Below the pieces are notes generated by a model that did no database searches, had not been told where the DNA came from, and saw nothing but the letters and a program-made list of their open reading frames with translations. A program made the position numbers and the translations under genes. Of a stretch of 64,000 nucleotides of DNA, positions 54,898-64,000 are shown piece by piece. Origin of the DNA: a virus; IMG/VR virus record IMGVR_UViG_3300022821_000013, positions 1 to 64,000 of that record; one strand, given 5' to 3'. Numbering within the stretch: the stretch's first letter is position 1; the number at the start of each line of letters is the position of its first letter.

Positions 54898-56020
54898 TCT
54901 CTACATCAGGTGCAGTCTTGTTAGTATAAGCCATAATATATCTATCAGCTATCTTATCCTTTAGTTCATCTAATAGACCATTTTCACCAGTGAATATATC
55001 AGTAAAGTCTTTTTTCTGGAATCGAATCTCTTCACCAGAATTGGATTTGTAATCATAATAAGCTCCAGCCGATTTAACTATCTTATATGCTTTAGCTACT
55101 TTAAGAATAGAACCAACTTCATCAATACCAGACATAAAGTATAAATCAAATAATTCTGTTTTTTCAGGTGGACCAAGTCTATTTTTCTTAATAGAAAACT
55201 TAACATTTTTACCTATCTTTTGTTCTAAACCATATTTATCAGTTTGTTTTAAAGTTCCAATTGTCTGTAACCTAACTTTTACTGATGAATGGAAGTCGAT
55301 TGCTTTACCACCACTAGTTATATACTTATCTTGTCCTGGCATAGCACCTATATTAACTCTAAGTTGGTTGGTAGCTATAAAAGTTATTACTTCTCTACCA
55401 AATACATTAGTTAGTTTACGCATAGCTTTAGATAATATAATTGGTTTTGATGTTGCATATCCCTCTTTTCCAAATCCAGATGATAACTCTTCTGGTGTGG
55501 ATGCCCCCATAACACTATCAAGTATTATAACAACTGGTATATCCTTGTCTCTAGATCTTATATCAACTATAACAGTTTCTATAATATCAAAAATAGTTTC
55601 TAAATCATCTTGTTCTATATGCAACCAATTTTTATTAAAATCAATACCACATACCTTACCAAAATATTCTGGTAAGAAAGAGTGTTCTGTATCTATATAG
55701 ATAGCCATCCCACCCATTGCTTGTACCGACGCTAATATATGAGCTGATAATAGAGTTTTACCTGATTGTTCTAATCCTGTAAGTTCTATTATTCTACCAG
55801 CTGGCATACCACCATATCTATTATTTGAAATTGCAAGATCAAGAATAAAATTACCAGTTGATATATAATATGGAACAGTTCCACTATCTAAGAAGTCATC
55901 TGGTAGTTTGTACGCTACATCATAACCAAGTTTTTTACTGAACTTGGTGTTGAGACTGTCAGCTAATACGGATCCAAGATCTGGCATTTCCATAATTTCT
56001 TTTTCTTTCTTCTTTGCCAT
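54854..56020 (-). CDS. RecA/UvsX-like recombinase
   Basis: ISTG..LD, GLEQSGKT, YIDTE, ILDSV, NQLR, SGGKAIDFHSS, KNRLGPP. Confidence 0.93.
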   Translation of the reverse strand: MAKKKEKEIMEMPDLGSVLADSLNTKFSKKLGYDVAYKLPDDFLDSGTVPYYISTGNFILDLAISNNRYGGMPAGRIIELTGLEQSGKTLLSAHILASVQAMGGMAIYIDTEHSFLPEYFGKVCGIDFNKNWLHIEQDDLETIFDIIETVIVDIRSRDKDIPVVIILDSVMGASTPEELSSGFGKEGYATSKPIILSKAMRKLTNVFGREVITFIATNQLRVNIGAMPGQDKYITSGGKAIDFHSSVKVRLQTIGTLKQTDKYGLEQKIGKNVKFSIKKNRLGPPEKTELFDLYFMSGIDEVGSILKVAKAYKIVKSAGAYYDYKSNSGEEIRFQKKDFTDIFTGENGLLDELKDKIADRYIMAYTNKTAPDVENDETVSYQKGIDDD

Positions 56021-56023
56021 ATA

Positions 56024-56920
56024 TTACTTGTTCTTATTAAATAATGCCTTAAAATTAGCATTGTCTGTTTTAGGTTTTACATCTTCAGTTTTTGGTTTTG
56101 GTTCTTCGGTTTTTTCTTTGGTTGTAACCACAACTGGTTTTATAACTGGTTTCTCAACTTCTTCGATTTCTGTTTTTGGTTCTGGTTCAGATGTTACTTC
56201 TGAGTTATCAGATGTTTCCTCAGATAGATAACAATCTAATATTCTTAATAACTCTGCTTCCGATTCATATTGAAAATTGTCTTTTAATGATGGTTGGTTC
56301 ATTATTAATTCAATATCATCTTCCGTAAGTTGAGTCACTTTTTGTTTAAGTAATATAGTTGTTGTATTGTCACTATTCATTTTAACATTTAACGCATGCC
56401 CATTATCTGGATCTAAAATATCACCTAATTCATCTGGTTCAGCCAAAAATGCACAAATCTGTTTGAATGTTCCGTATGGATAAGACCATAATTTTAACTC
56501 ATTACCTGCACTTGTTTCATGTAAAACAAATGAGAAATATCTAGATTTTCCCTCTAATGGTTGTAAGAAGTTCTTAACTTGTTCATCATCTAAATTATCA
56601 GCATATTGAGTTCTTAATTCAAAGAACATAGTGATAATTGGATCTGGTTCTCCAAATGTCATAGGAGATACAATTTTCTTAAAGTTACCTTGAAAATAAT
56701 CTTTTAATGGAAAATGTTGTTTAACCTCTATAATTGGGTATCCATTTTCAACTGCAATTCCTATATCATTACCCTCTGTAAACGGAACTAATTTAACCGT
56801 TTGGCTTTTTTCTTTTGATGGTTTGAAGTAGCTAATTTTGTTCTTTTTAGAACCACCACCACTTAGTCTATTTCTGATCAATGCTGGATCAACATTGAAT
56901 TTTAATCCTGGTGTACTCAT
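56024..56920 (-). CDS. ssDNA-binding protein (gp32-like)
   Basis: FKP, SPMTFGEPDPI, KLWSY, GDILDPDNG, acidic tail; replication-module position. Confidence 0.72.
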   Translation of the reverse strand: MSTPGLKFNVDPALIRNRLSGGGSKKNKISYFKPSKEKSQTVKLVPFTEGNDIGIAVENGYPIIEVKQHFPLKDYFQGNFKKIVSPMTFGEPDPIITMFFELRTQYADNLDDEQVKNFLQPLEGKSRYFSFVLHETSAGNELKLWSYPYGTFKQICAFLAEPDELGDILDPDNGHALNVKMNSDNTTTILLKQKVTQLTEDDIELIMNQPSLKDNFQYESEAELLRILDCYLSEETSDNSEVTSEPEPKTEIEEVEKPVIKPVVVTTKEKTEEPKPKTEDVKPKTDNANFKALFNKNK

Positions 56921-56935
56921 CGTAACGCCTTTATT

Positions 56936-58135
56936 TTAATTTAAAAAATACAAATTTTGATAATCATTTCCAACTTTTATAGTTGTATTATAAATACAAG
57001 ATATTAATTTATTTATATCATGTAATAAATCTTCACCATCATTTAAATCATAATCAAATAAGAAACTATCATATGTATATAATATTAATTTTGTATTACT
57101 ATATTGTAGTCTCTTTATTATATTATTCATTATAATCGCATTATGCTCTGATTCAAATGATTGTATAAAATAATTAAATAGTTTCTTTGGTGTTGGGTTA
57201 TCTATATATTCTATATAAATCTTTCGTTTAAAGAAAAATGTAGTTATATATCCATCCATAACAAAGGAAGTATATAATTGTCTAATATATTTATTCATTT
57301 TATTTGTGAACGTGTTATCTATATCATGCTCACCGTATAAAATCTTAAAATTTATTTTTTTTGATTGTTCATACTGTTCGTCAGTCAAAACATCAGTATT
57401 AAAATATTCAATTCCTAAATTATAATGTATATTGTCATTATAATCATAATCATAGCCAATTAAATCTGATATTATCTTCATATGAAATGATACATAGTCA
57501 AATTGTATTAATTTACCATTATCAAATCTAGATTTGATTTTATTACGTTCTCCGTTCTTCTTAGATATAGCCATCAAATTCATATTATCAATTACATTAC
57601 TAGGTCTTCCAGCAACGTTATAATATGTCATATTAGAATATATTATATCTTCATTATACAAAATACCACTATTATTTATATGATGTATAACGTTATTAAT
57701 TGTATCATGATATTCTATAAAATCATTAGTTATATCATTAAATTTTATATATGATATAGCATCAAGTATCTTATTTTCTATAATATAAATCGGAATTAAA
57801 TAATAACATTCATCACCATAAAATAACTTGTCTTTTTTGAATATATCATCTATACTCAATGTATTGGCATAATTATAATATACATATGTATTTAAATCTA
57901 TAAAAATATTATTTACTTCTGATTTGTATTCATATTTAATAATATATTTACATTTAAAATCTGAGATATTGAATTTAATATTATAATCTATGTGATTAAC
58001 ACCTATTAAATATATAGAACTATCATCTAAATTATATAAACATACAAACGCATTATCTATAAAAAAATACAATACAAATTTATCATGTAAATCGTTTATA
58101 CAATTTACATATTCATCTTGACTACAAATTATCAT
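56936..58135 (-). CDS. minimal family A DNA polymerase-like protein
   Basis: GRPSN, motif A QFDYVSFH, motif B SKKINFKILYG, FNYFIQS, motif C YTYDSFLFD. Confidence 0.8.
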   Translation of the reverse strand: MIICSQDEYVNCINDLHDKFVLYFFIDNAFVCLYNLDDSSIYLIGVNHIDYNIKFNISDFKCKYIIKYEYKSEVNNIFIDLNTYVYYNYANTLSIDDIFKKDKLFYGDECYYLIPIYIIENKILDAISYIKFNDITNDFIEYHDTINNVIHHINNSGILYNEDIIYSNMTYYNVAGRPSNVIDNMNLMAISKKNGERNKIKSRFDNGKLIQFDYVSFHMKIISDLIGYDYDYNDNIHYNLGIEYFNTDVLTDEQYEQSKKINFKILYGEHDIDNTFTNKMNKYIRQLYTSFVMDGYITTFFFKRKIYIEYIDNPTPKKLFNYFIQSFESEHNAIIMNNIIKRLQYSNTKLILYTYDSFLFDYDLNDGEDLLHDINKLISCIYNTTIKVGNDYQNLYFLN

Positions 58136-58734
58136 TATCTATAAAATTGTAATAAATTACTTAAATATGATGTTATACCATTAAAATCAAGTTCTGTATT
58201 AATTAATACACGTTTATTGGTTTCATACACACCACTTTCCAATCTAACACCATTAGAATTAAATTTATCATGTTTTATACCTGATATTTTCCATTTCAAT
58301 GTAGTTAATTTATGAATTACACTATAAAAATTACTTGTATTATTATTCAATATATTATAATCAGTTTCAGATATTTCAGATATTGGTGCTGATATATCGT
58401 TTCTGCGTTTCATAAAATATCTATTAATATATCCAATATTATAATCATCGTCATCTGGAAATGGTGAATATGGACTAATAGATATATTATCGTAATATGA
58501 ATCAAACATACCATTACTAGCATTTCTATATTCAATTATAGAATTATCCAATTGTGATAATAATTTAACGGATCTACCACCTATGTATGATGGTAATGAA
58601 TATAGCTCACCAGTTACATATCTATGATACCAACCAATATATTCTTCGGTTGATGAATCATAAATTAATTCACCGCCTCTGGTATAAAGACCTTTTTCAA
58701 TTTCATTGTCCGAGTAGGATAATCTGTTTCTCAT
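58135..58734 (-). CDS. hypothetical protein, probably virion/baseplate-associated
   Basis: LYTRGGE..YIGWYH, YINRYF, WKISG; adjacent to the tail module. Confidence 0.6.
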   Translation of the reverse strand: MRNRLSYSDNEIEKGLYTRGGELIYDSSTEEYIGWYHRYVTGELYSLPSYIGGRSVKLLSQLDNSIIEYRNASNGMFDSYYDNISISPYSPFPDDDDYNIGYINRYFMKRRNDISAPISEISETDYNILNNNTSNFYSVIHKLTTLKWKISGIKHDKFNSNGVRLESGVYETNKRVLINTELDFNGITSYLSNLLQFYR

Positions 58735-58768
58735 ATAATATTCATCTATTATGTTAAATAATAATATA

Positions 58769-58799
58769 CAAACTTAACTAAAAGAAATTACATTACCAA
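58769..58799 (-). promoter_or_regulatory. Bacteroidota-type promoter
   Basis: TTG-N20-TAAGTTTG. Confidence 0.75.
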
Positions 58800-58802
58800 A
58801 TT

Positions 58803-61025
58803 TTATTTTTTGACAAGCATATTACCACGACATTGAGTTTCCAATGTTGTAGTCCAATCATGAGGTGTTATCTTATGATCAACTTTAGTAAGTATAAATA
58901 TAACTTTTGCTTTACCGTCTTCATTGTAATATCTACTTGGCATACCATCCACCTCAATTACATTGCCAAATCTAAATCCACTTATACCATCAATAGTTAT
59001 AGTTAGTTCCAATGGATATATAGTTTGTGCTAAATATGAATTATATTGGTGTAATGTTGTGTTTTCTGGTGGAGTCTCTCTATATTCTTTAAGAGTATTA
59101 TACAATCCAAGTATAGATGTGCGAGTAACACCAATTTTACCCATAATATGTTTTGCATGTCGTAAGAAATATAATGCTTTTTTACGTCTATTATTAATGT
59201 CATCTGCTAATTTTTTATCATCCTTAATTGCATCTGAGTATAAACTTCCCAATATAGCTCCAGATTCACCTGTTACATCGTTCATATTAAATCTACCTTC
59301 AACATACAATGCGTTTGCCATGGAATTCGGAACATTCAGATTAAAATTTATAGATCTAACTATAGGTTTAGTATCATCGTGAGTGCTAAATCGCAATGGC
59401 TTCAATCCACCATGTTGTGTATAAGTAAAATTCAAATCAATTAGATTATACCAAGAAATATATTTACCATTATCACCAATTATTTCTTCCATTATAAAAC
59501 CAAGTTTATAAAGTCCACCTGATGCATATGATATTTTATCAAAAATTATAGTAAATAAATTAAAAATTGTTTTTTCCTGAGTATTATTTATATCTGATAT
59601 TGATTCTAATATATCCAATACAAAATCAGTCGATATTAATATTTCACCTAAATTACAAAAATCAGGTGTATCAACCCTTTGGAATTGAGTATTAAATGTA
59701 CCACCAGATTTGTCCTTACCTCTGTACATTCTAAAATACCCATTATCATATCCAGCCGAACGACCCGGAACTTTATGTAATGGTTTATTTGGATGTAAGT
59801 TATAATGTGCAGAATTATATGTATCCGACTCATCTATACCACCGTTAAAAAATATAGTGTCTGGTATACAAGATACAACCTCTTTATCGTATATAGATAT
59901 GCTCCTAACACCATAAGGAAATTTATATTGCTCTTCTAAATCTATTCTATTACCATTTCCATTCTTCCAAGCACCATAATTAGCTGACATATATACACGT
60001 TTCTCATCTGGACCTATCCCGAATCTATCAGATCTAGCCGCAACTGCATTCGTATAATAATATATTAAATCCGAGAGTCCTATATAAACTGTCCATGTAG
60101 GAAGCAATGCTTCTGGATAAGATTCTAATGAATATAATTCATTATCCATATTAACTGTATCATTTGATTTTGGTTTGGATTTTGGATATTTTATAGGTAA
60201 TGATCTAGCTGCATATCTAAGTTCAGTATTATCTATAGTTTTGGTTTCATTTGAACTTAGAAAATTACCACCCACATTACCTATATCAGCAATATCAATT
60301 ATTATTTTTTCAGATAAACCCCTTGCATATGCAATTGTAATGTTAGTATCACTTACTAATCTAGGGTGTTCACTTTGATTCATTTTAGCATCAACGACTT
60401 TAGATGATGCATTTGCTGATATACCTGATAGGAAATAACCTTCACCGACAGTTTGTAATTTTATAGACCAAGTTAGATCATCATTCATTTCCACATTAAA
60501 GTTATAAGTTATACCTTTATATGTATCTTGTGATGGGTCTAAATTTTTTTTATGTATTTTATTTGTAGTTGCTTTCTCAGAAGTTCTACCAACAGCCCAA
60601 CCATATTTTATTTGTATATCACTACCTGGCTTTATAATGTCTTTCTCGAACTTCTCTAGTTGATCTAACGTAAATACTCTAAAACTTATATCGGCTCTTT
60701 GTAACGCACCCCAAGTACCTTGATTTGATATAGTAACATCTTCTAATATAGGTTCTTTTGGTATAGGATAATCTGACTGATACATATCAATAAATCTATT
60801 ATCATCACGACCAAAACCAAGTATAGGTTTATCACCTGGTTGTTTAGTTTTCTTATCTACATAGTAAACTTCACACCAAGATTGCTTTGCTGCTTCCCAA
60901 TCAAATTTAGTACCATATACACCACGTGTATTATGACCATATATCCTAGAACGTTCATTTATTTCAGCTCGGACATCTGGATGCACTTCATTGTATATCG
61001 GATTATAATCTATTTGTAATGCCAT
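58803..61025 (-). CDS. putative baseplate hub / tail protein
   Basis: IKYGW N-terminal and LTITIDGISGFRFGN...KVDHKI...WTTTLET C-terminal beta motifs typical of hub proteins. Confidence 0.65.
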   Translation of the reverse strand: MALQIDYNPIYNEVHPDVRAEINERSRIYGHNTRGVYGTKFDWEAAKQSWCEVYYVDKKTKQPGDKPILGFGRDDNRFIDMYQSDYPIPKEPILEDVTISNQGTWGALQRADISFRVFTLDQLEKFEKDIIKPGSDIQIKYGWAVGRTSEKATTNKIHKKNLDPSQDTYKGITYNFNVEMNDDLTWSIKLQTVGEGYFLSGISANASSKVVDAKMNQSEHPRLVSDTNITIAYARGLSEKIIIDIADIGNVGGNFLSSNETKTIDNTELRYAARSLPIKYPKSKPKSNDTVNMDNELYSLESYPEALLPTWTVYIGLSDLIYYYTNAVAARSDRFGIGPDEKRVYMSANYGAWKNGNGNRIDLEEQYKFPYGVRSISIYDKEVVSCIPDTIFFNGGIDESDTYNSAHYNLHPNKPLHKVPGRSAGYDNGYFRMYRGKDKSGGTFNTQFQRVDTPDFCNLGEILISTDFVLDILESISDINNTQEKTIFNLFTIIFDKISYASGGLYKLGFIMEEIIGDNGKYISWYNLIDLNFTYTQHGGLKPLRFSTHDDTKPIVRSINFNLNVPNSMANALYVEGRFNMNDVTGESGAILGSLYSDAIKDDKKLADDINNRRKKALYFLRHAKHIMGKIGVTRTSILGLYNTLKEYRETPPENTTLHQYNSYLAQTIYPLELTITIDGISGFRFGNVIEVDGMPSRYYNEDGKAKVIFILTKVDHKITPHDWTTTLETQCRGNMLVKK

Positions 61026-61363
61026 TATCTATTCGCTTTGTTAAAGTTTCTAATTTTTTCAGATGGATTGCTATACTTAGGTGGTATTCTTAGTTTAGTG
61101 TTTGGTTCTAATGCATACGACGTTGGTAATAAACTATTAGCTAACGCAATATACCACCATAACGTAGTATCATTATAATACTCATCAGCTATCAAATCCA
61201 ATCTATCACCGATTCTGGTGATTATATATATATCATTTAAACTTGACATTGGATATGGATATATATAATGATCTAATTTTCTTACATTTTTTAAATCAGT
61301 ATCACCATGTCGTTTATAATCTATATTAACTATATCTGTATCATCATATCTTCTATTTGACAT
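61025..61363 (-). CDS. LysM-like baseplate wedge protein (gp53/tail X-like)
   Basis: GDRLDLIADEYYNDTTLWWYIALAN...LRIP. Confidence 0.85.
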   Translation of the reverse strand: MSNRRYDDTDIVNIDYKRHGDTDLKNVRKLDHYIYPYPMSSLNDIYIITRIGDRLDLIADEYYNDTTLWWYIALANSLLPTSYALEPNTKLRIPPKYSNPSEKIRNFNKANR

Positions 61364-61372
61364 TTAATTACC

Positions 61373-64000
61373 TTAATTTACGGATTGATTTTCAGTTAAA
61401 ATTCCAACTGTACCATTGTCCCATTTTGGATTTGATGGTAATACACCATCTTTATACATTGTAACTGTTACAACACGTTGACCTTTAGATTTTTCACCAT
61501 AACCAACAGAACGCATATCACTACCAAATGCAATTGAAGCTAATATTTGATTTGTTCTATTTGCATCACTAACACTACCACCAGCCTTAAAGTTAGATAC
61601 GACTCCAGCCTTAATATTGGATGCTCGCCTAAATGATAATTTGTAATTATATTCATCTGGTCCGCTTGGTGATGCATGACCCTCTATATCAAATTTAGCT
61701 TTTGGATTTTTTAACTTCTGGTCTATTATATAATTAGTAACATTTATAACCTCACTCGATTTTTTAGGTGTATCTACATTATCATCAAAATCAATATTAA
61801 ATGTGTATATAACTGGTTCTGGTTTTTCTTCTTCCACAACTGGTTCTGGTTTTTCTTCTTCCACAACTGGTTCTGGTTTTTCTTCTTCCACAACTGGTTC
61901 TTCTGTATATACATCACCAACATAATCATAAATTCTACCCATTTTCCTAGGTTTGTAATTCCCAATTATAGTGTAATTCATATCAACCCTAACACCCATT
62001 GGTAATTCTAATATATCATTATCAGATGATTCTTGATATAAATTTTTTATTTCCCAGTTATCTTCTCTAAATGTATATGTTAAATTAGTTATGAAACCTG
62101 GTACTTGCCAGTATAAATCACCTAATGTCAATCTTAATAGTGGCCCCCACATACGTTTATCTTTATATACAGGAGCTAACATAGAAGCTAAATAGTTTAT
62201 TTTCTCATATATAACTTGCATTTCAACTCTGGAAAATGCATGCATATCAAAACTCAATGTCAAATTTCTATCATACGATTTATAAATATAAACTGGATCA
62301 GCTCTACCTATTAATCCATAAGAATCCCAATTAGCATTATGATTTTCAACTACACTATTTAAGAATGCTCTCATTACGATAGCGTGATAACCTAAATTAC
62401 TTTTGTGTTTTGGATCTGATTGTTCAGTTTGAATATCTATCGTATCATCAGATTCTTCTTTTGTATCACCAAATACAGATGGTTCTATATCTATCTCATT
62501 CTTATCTAATAACGTACCACGTGAATCATATTGCTTATCAAACATAAGCCCTGCACAAGTAATAAAGAATTTTATATAATCTCTTGATCCTTGATTGTAT
62601 ATCTCCGATGCATCTTGACTTAAAATATTTGATTTTTCACTTGCATCTACAGTTTTAGAGAAGTCTCTAACCTTAATCATATTAATTTTATCTTCTCTAT
62701 AAGTTCTCATTCTAGGATCAGACCTATCTATACCTGGTAATCCCTCTTGACCCCAACCATATTTCATAATATTTGAATTGTCATAAGTGTTAACTATATT
62801 AGGATCGTAATTATAATTAAAGAACTTAGAATCTTTAGTATCTGTACTTGCTGATATGACATATCTATAGTCTTCTAATTCTTTTGGGTTATATGCTGGA
62901 TCTCTATTATATCCAAAAAAATCATATCCTGTAGTTGCATATGCACCTAATGATTGATCCATTGGTTTTAATCCATCTAAATATTTACCCTCTCGATTAT
63001 AACTCTCTTCTAATAAATTATCAGTATTATTATGAGTCTTATTAGCTATAAACGTATTTATTAAATGATTATTGTGATCTACATCACCATATTTTAAAAA
63101 TTTAGATATTAATGATTTATTTTTAGTTAACTCTTCAAATGGATCACCATTATGCTCATCTAATAATTTAGTAGCTGTACTGTTAGGTACACGTGTTCCA
63201 TTAGCAGATGAATAATATTGAAAGTAAGGTGAATAATATTGATATAATCTACTATCTTCTGTTTCTGATATTGAATATCTACGTATTAACGTAGCTCCTA
63301 TACCAAATATACTCTGTGCACCAGTAGATCTAGATGATATTTTATTTATAATATCACCAACATACGAATCTTTTCCTGTTGCAATCCAAGTTATTAAATT
63401 TGATATTTTAGATAGAGTTTTATCATATACATCACTAGCATTTAAATATGAATCTCTAACTGAATAGTGGTGTGGGAATAATTCTTTTGTTAACATTAAC
63501 AATCTATTATCTGTTCCTTGTTCACCTATAACTAATGACGTATCAACCTGTGATAGATTTTTACCTTGACTCGTCACATTCCTTTTATTTACTATATATT
63601 CGTAATTTTTATGCTTTTCAAATGGAAGTTCCAATCCATGCCTTTGAATTCTCATTCCACCTGAAGATAGAATAGTTGATAATGGATTGTATATCTGTGT
63701 TGATCTAATATTAAATATATTTTCTATCAAACCAAATCCATCCGATGGTGTCTCAACCGTAGAGTTCATCAATTGCATTCCAACTTGCCTAATAGTATTT
63801 AGTATTCCTTTTGCAGAACCCATATACTTTGTTATTCTATAAGCATGTGTCGCTGAACGGTCGATATACGGTGATAAACGTTCGTATAGGTAAGATTTGT
63901 CAAACCCATATCTATTTGGCTCACCATCAAGCTGAATACCACGTAGAATGTATGGTTGTTGCATCCAATCGTTTTGATGTGATGTATCTCTAAGATTAAA
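61373..64000 (-). CDS. putative tail tube initiator/baseplate protein with C-terminal OmpA-like domain (5' end beyond window)
   Basis: Frame open to the window edge; MRAFL..WDSYGLIGRADPVYIYKSYDR..RLTLGD tube-like motifs; IEGHASPSGPDEYNYKLSFRRA OmpA-C motif. Confidence 0.7.
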   Translation of the reverse strand, partial: FNLRDTSHQNDWMQQPYILRGIQLDGEPNRYGFDKSYLYERLSPYIDRSATHAYRITKYMGSAKGILNTIRQVGMQLMNSTVETPSDGFGLIENIFNIRSTQIYNPLSTILSSGGMRIQRHGLELPFEKHKNYEYIVNKRNVTSQGKNLSQVDTSLVIGEQGTDNRLLMLTKELFPHHYSVRDSYLNASDVYDKTLSKISNLITWIATGKDSYVGDIINKISSRSTGAQSIFGIGATLIRRYSISETEDSRLYQYYSPYFQYYSSANGTRVPNSTATKLLDEHNGDPFEELTKNKSLISKFLKYGDVDHNNHLINTFIANKTHNNTDNLLEESYNREGKYLDGLKPMDQSLGAYATTGYDFFGYNRDPAYNPKELEDYRYVISASTDTKDSKFFNYNYDPNIVNTYDNSNIMKYGWGQEGLPGIDRSDPRMRTYREDKINMIKVRDFSKTVDASEKSNILSQDASEIYNQGSRDYIKFFITCAGLMFDKQYDSRGTLLDKNEIDIEPSVFGDTKEESDDTIDIQTEQSDPKHKSNLGYHAIVMRAFLNSVVENHNANWDSYGLIGRADPVYIYKSYDRNLTLSFDMHAFSRVEMQVIYEKINYLASMLAPVYKDKRMWGPLLRLTLGDLYWQVPGFITNLTYTFREDNWEIKNLYQESSDNDILELPMGVRVDMNYTIIGNYKPRKMGRIYDYVGDVYTEEPVVEEEKPEPVVEEEKPEPVVEEEKPEPVIYTFNIDFDDNVDTPKKSSEVINVTNYIIDQKLKNPKAKFDIEGHASPSGPDEYNYKLSFRRASNIKAGVVSNFKAGGSVSDANRTNQILASIAFGSDMRSVGYGEKSKGQRVVTVTMYKDGVLPSNPKWDNGTVGILTENQSVN
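61811..61901. repeat. 27-bp perfect tandem repeat x3.3 encoding PEPVVEEEK linker
   Basis: AACTGGTTCTGGTTTTTCTTCTTCCAC repeated. Confidence 0.95.

Noticed and set aside
2246-63993. All plus-strand ORFs and nested minus-strand ORFs in the track
   Set aside because: They are antisense or alternate-frame shadows of longer genes with recognisable motifs and have no independent support.

Overview
AT-rich segment of a large, T4-like (probably myovirus/jumbo) bacteriophage genome, with essentially every gene on the minus strand. Twelve copies of a TTG-N~20-TAnnTTTG promoter and a T9SS-sorted secreted protein point to a Bacteroidota/FCB-group host. Left to right: (1) a cluster of 23-aa-repeat paralogues; (2) a translation/RNA-protection island (3.0-10.6 kb) with two tRNA operons, NADAR, a YkuK RNase H-like gene, a Ro/TROVE-like+TerD protein and a nucleotidyltransferase; (3) a ~12 kb sugar-nucleotide/glycosyltransferase cluster (gmd, neuB, neuA, GT10, GT11); (4) a second repeat-protein cluster and more glycosyltransferases; (5) a T4-like replication module (clamp, clamp loaders, PolB, dUTPase, intein-containing class II RNR, helicase, FEN/RNase H, UvsX, SSB, minimal PolA); (6) the start of the tail/baseplate genes. 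Two observations stand out, neither in the ORF track. First, each tRNA operon is preceded by a short leader ORF, a candidate antiterminator and an intrinsic terminator, and each leader contains codons for every tRNA in its own downstream cluster, suggesting attenuators that sense tRNA depletion. Second, an array of four structurally co-varying ncRNA units, one a circularly permuted tRNA mimic (YrlA-like), sits directly upstream of the Ro-like/TerD gene. All family assignments are from motif recognition by eye; no database searches were run.
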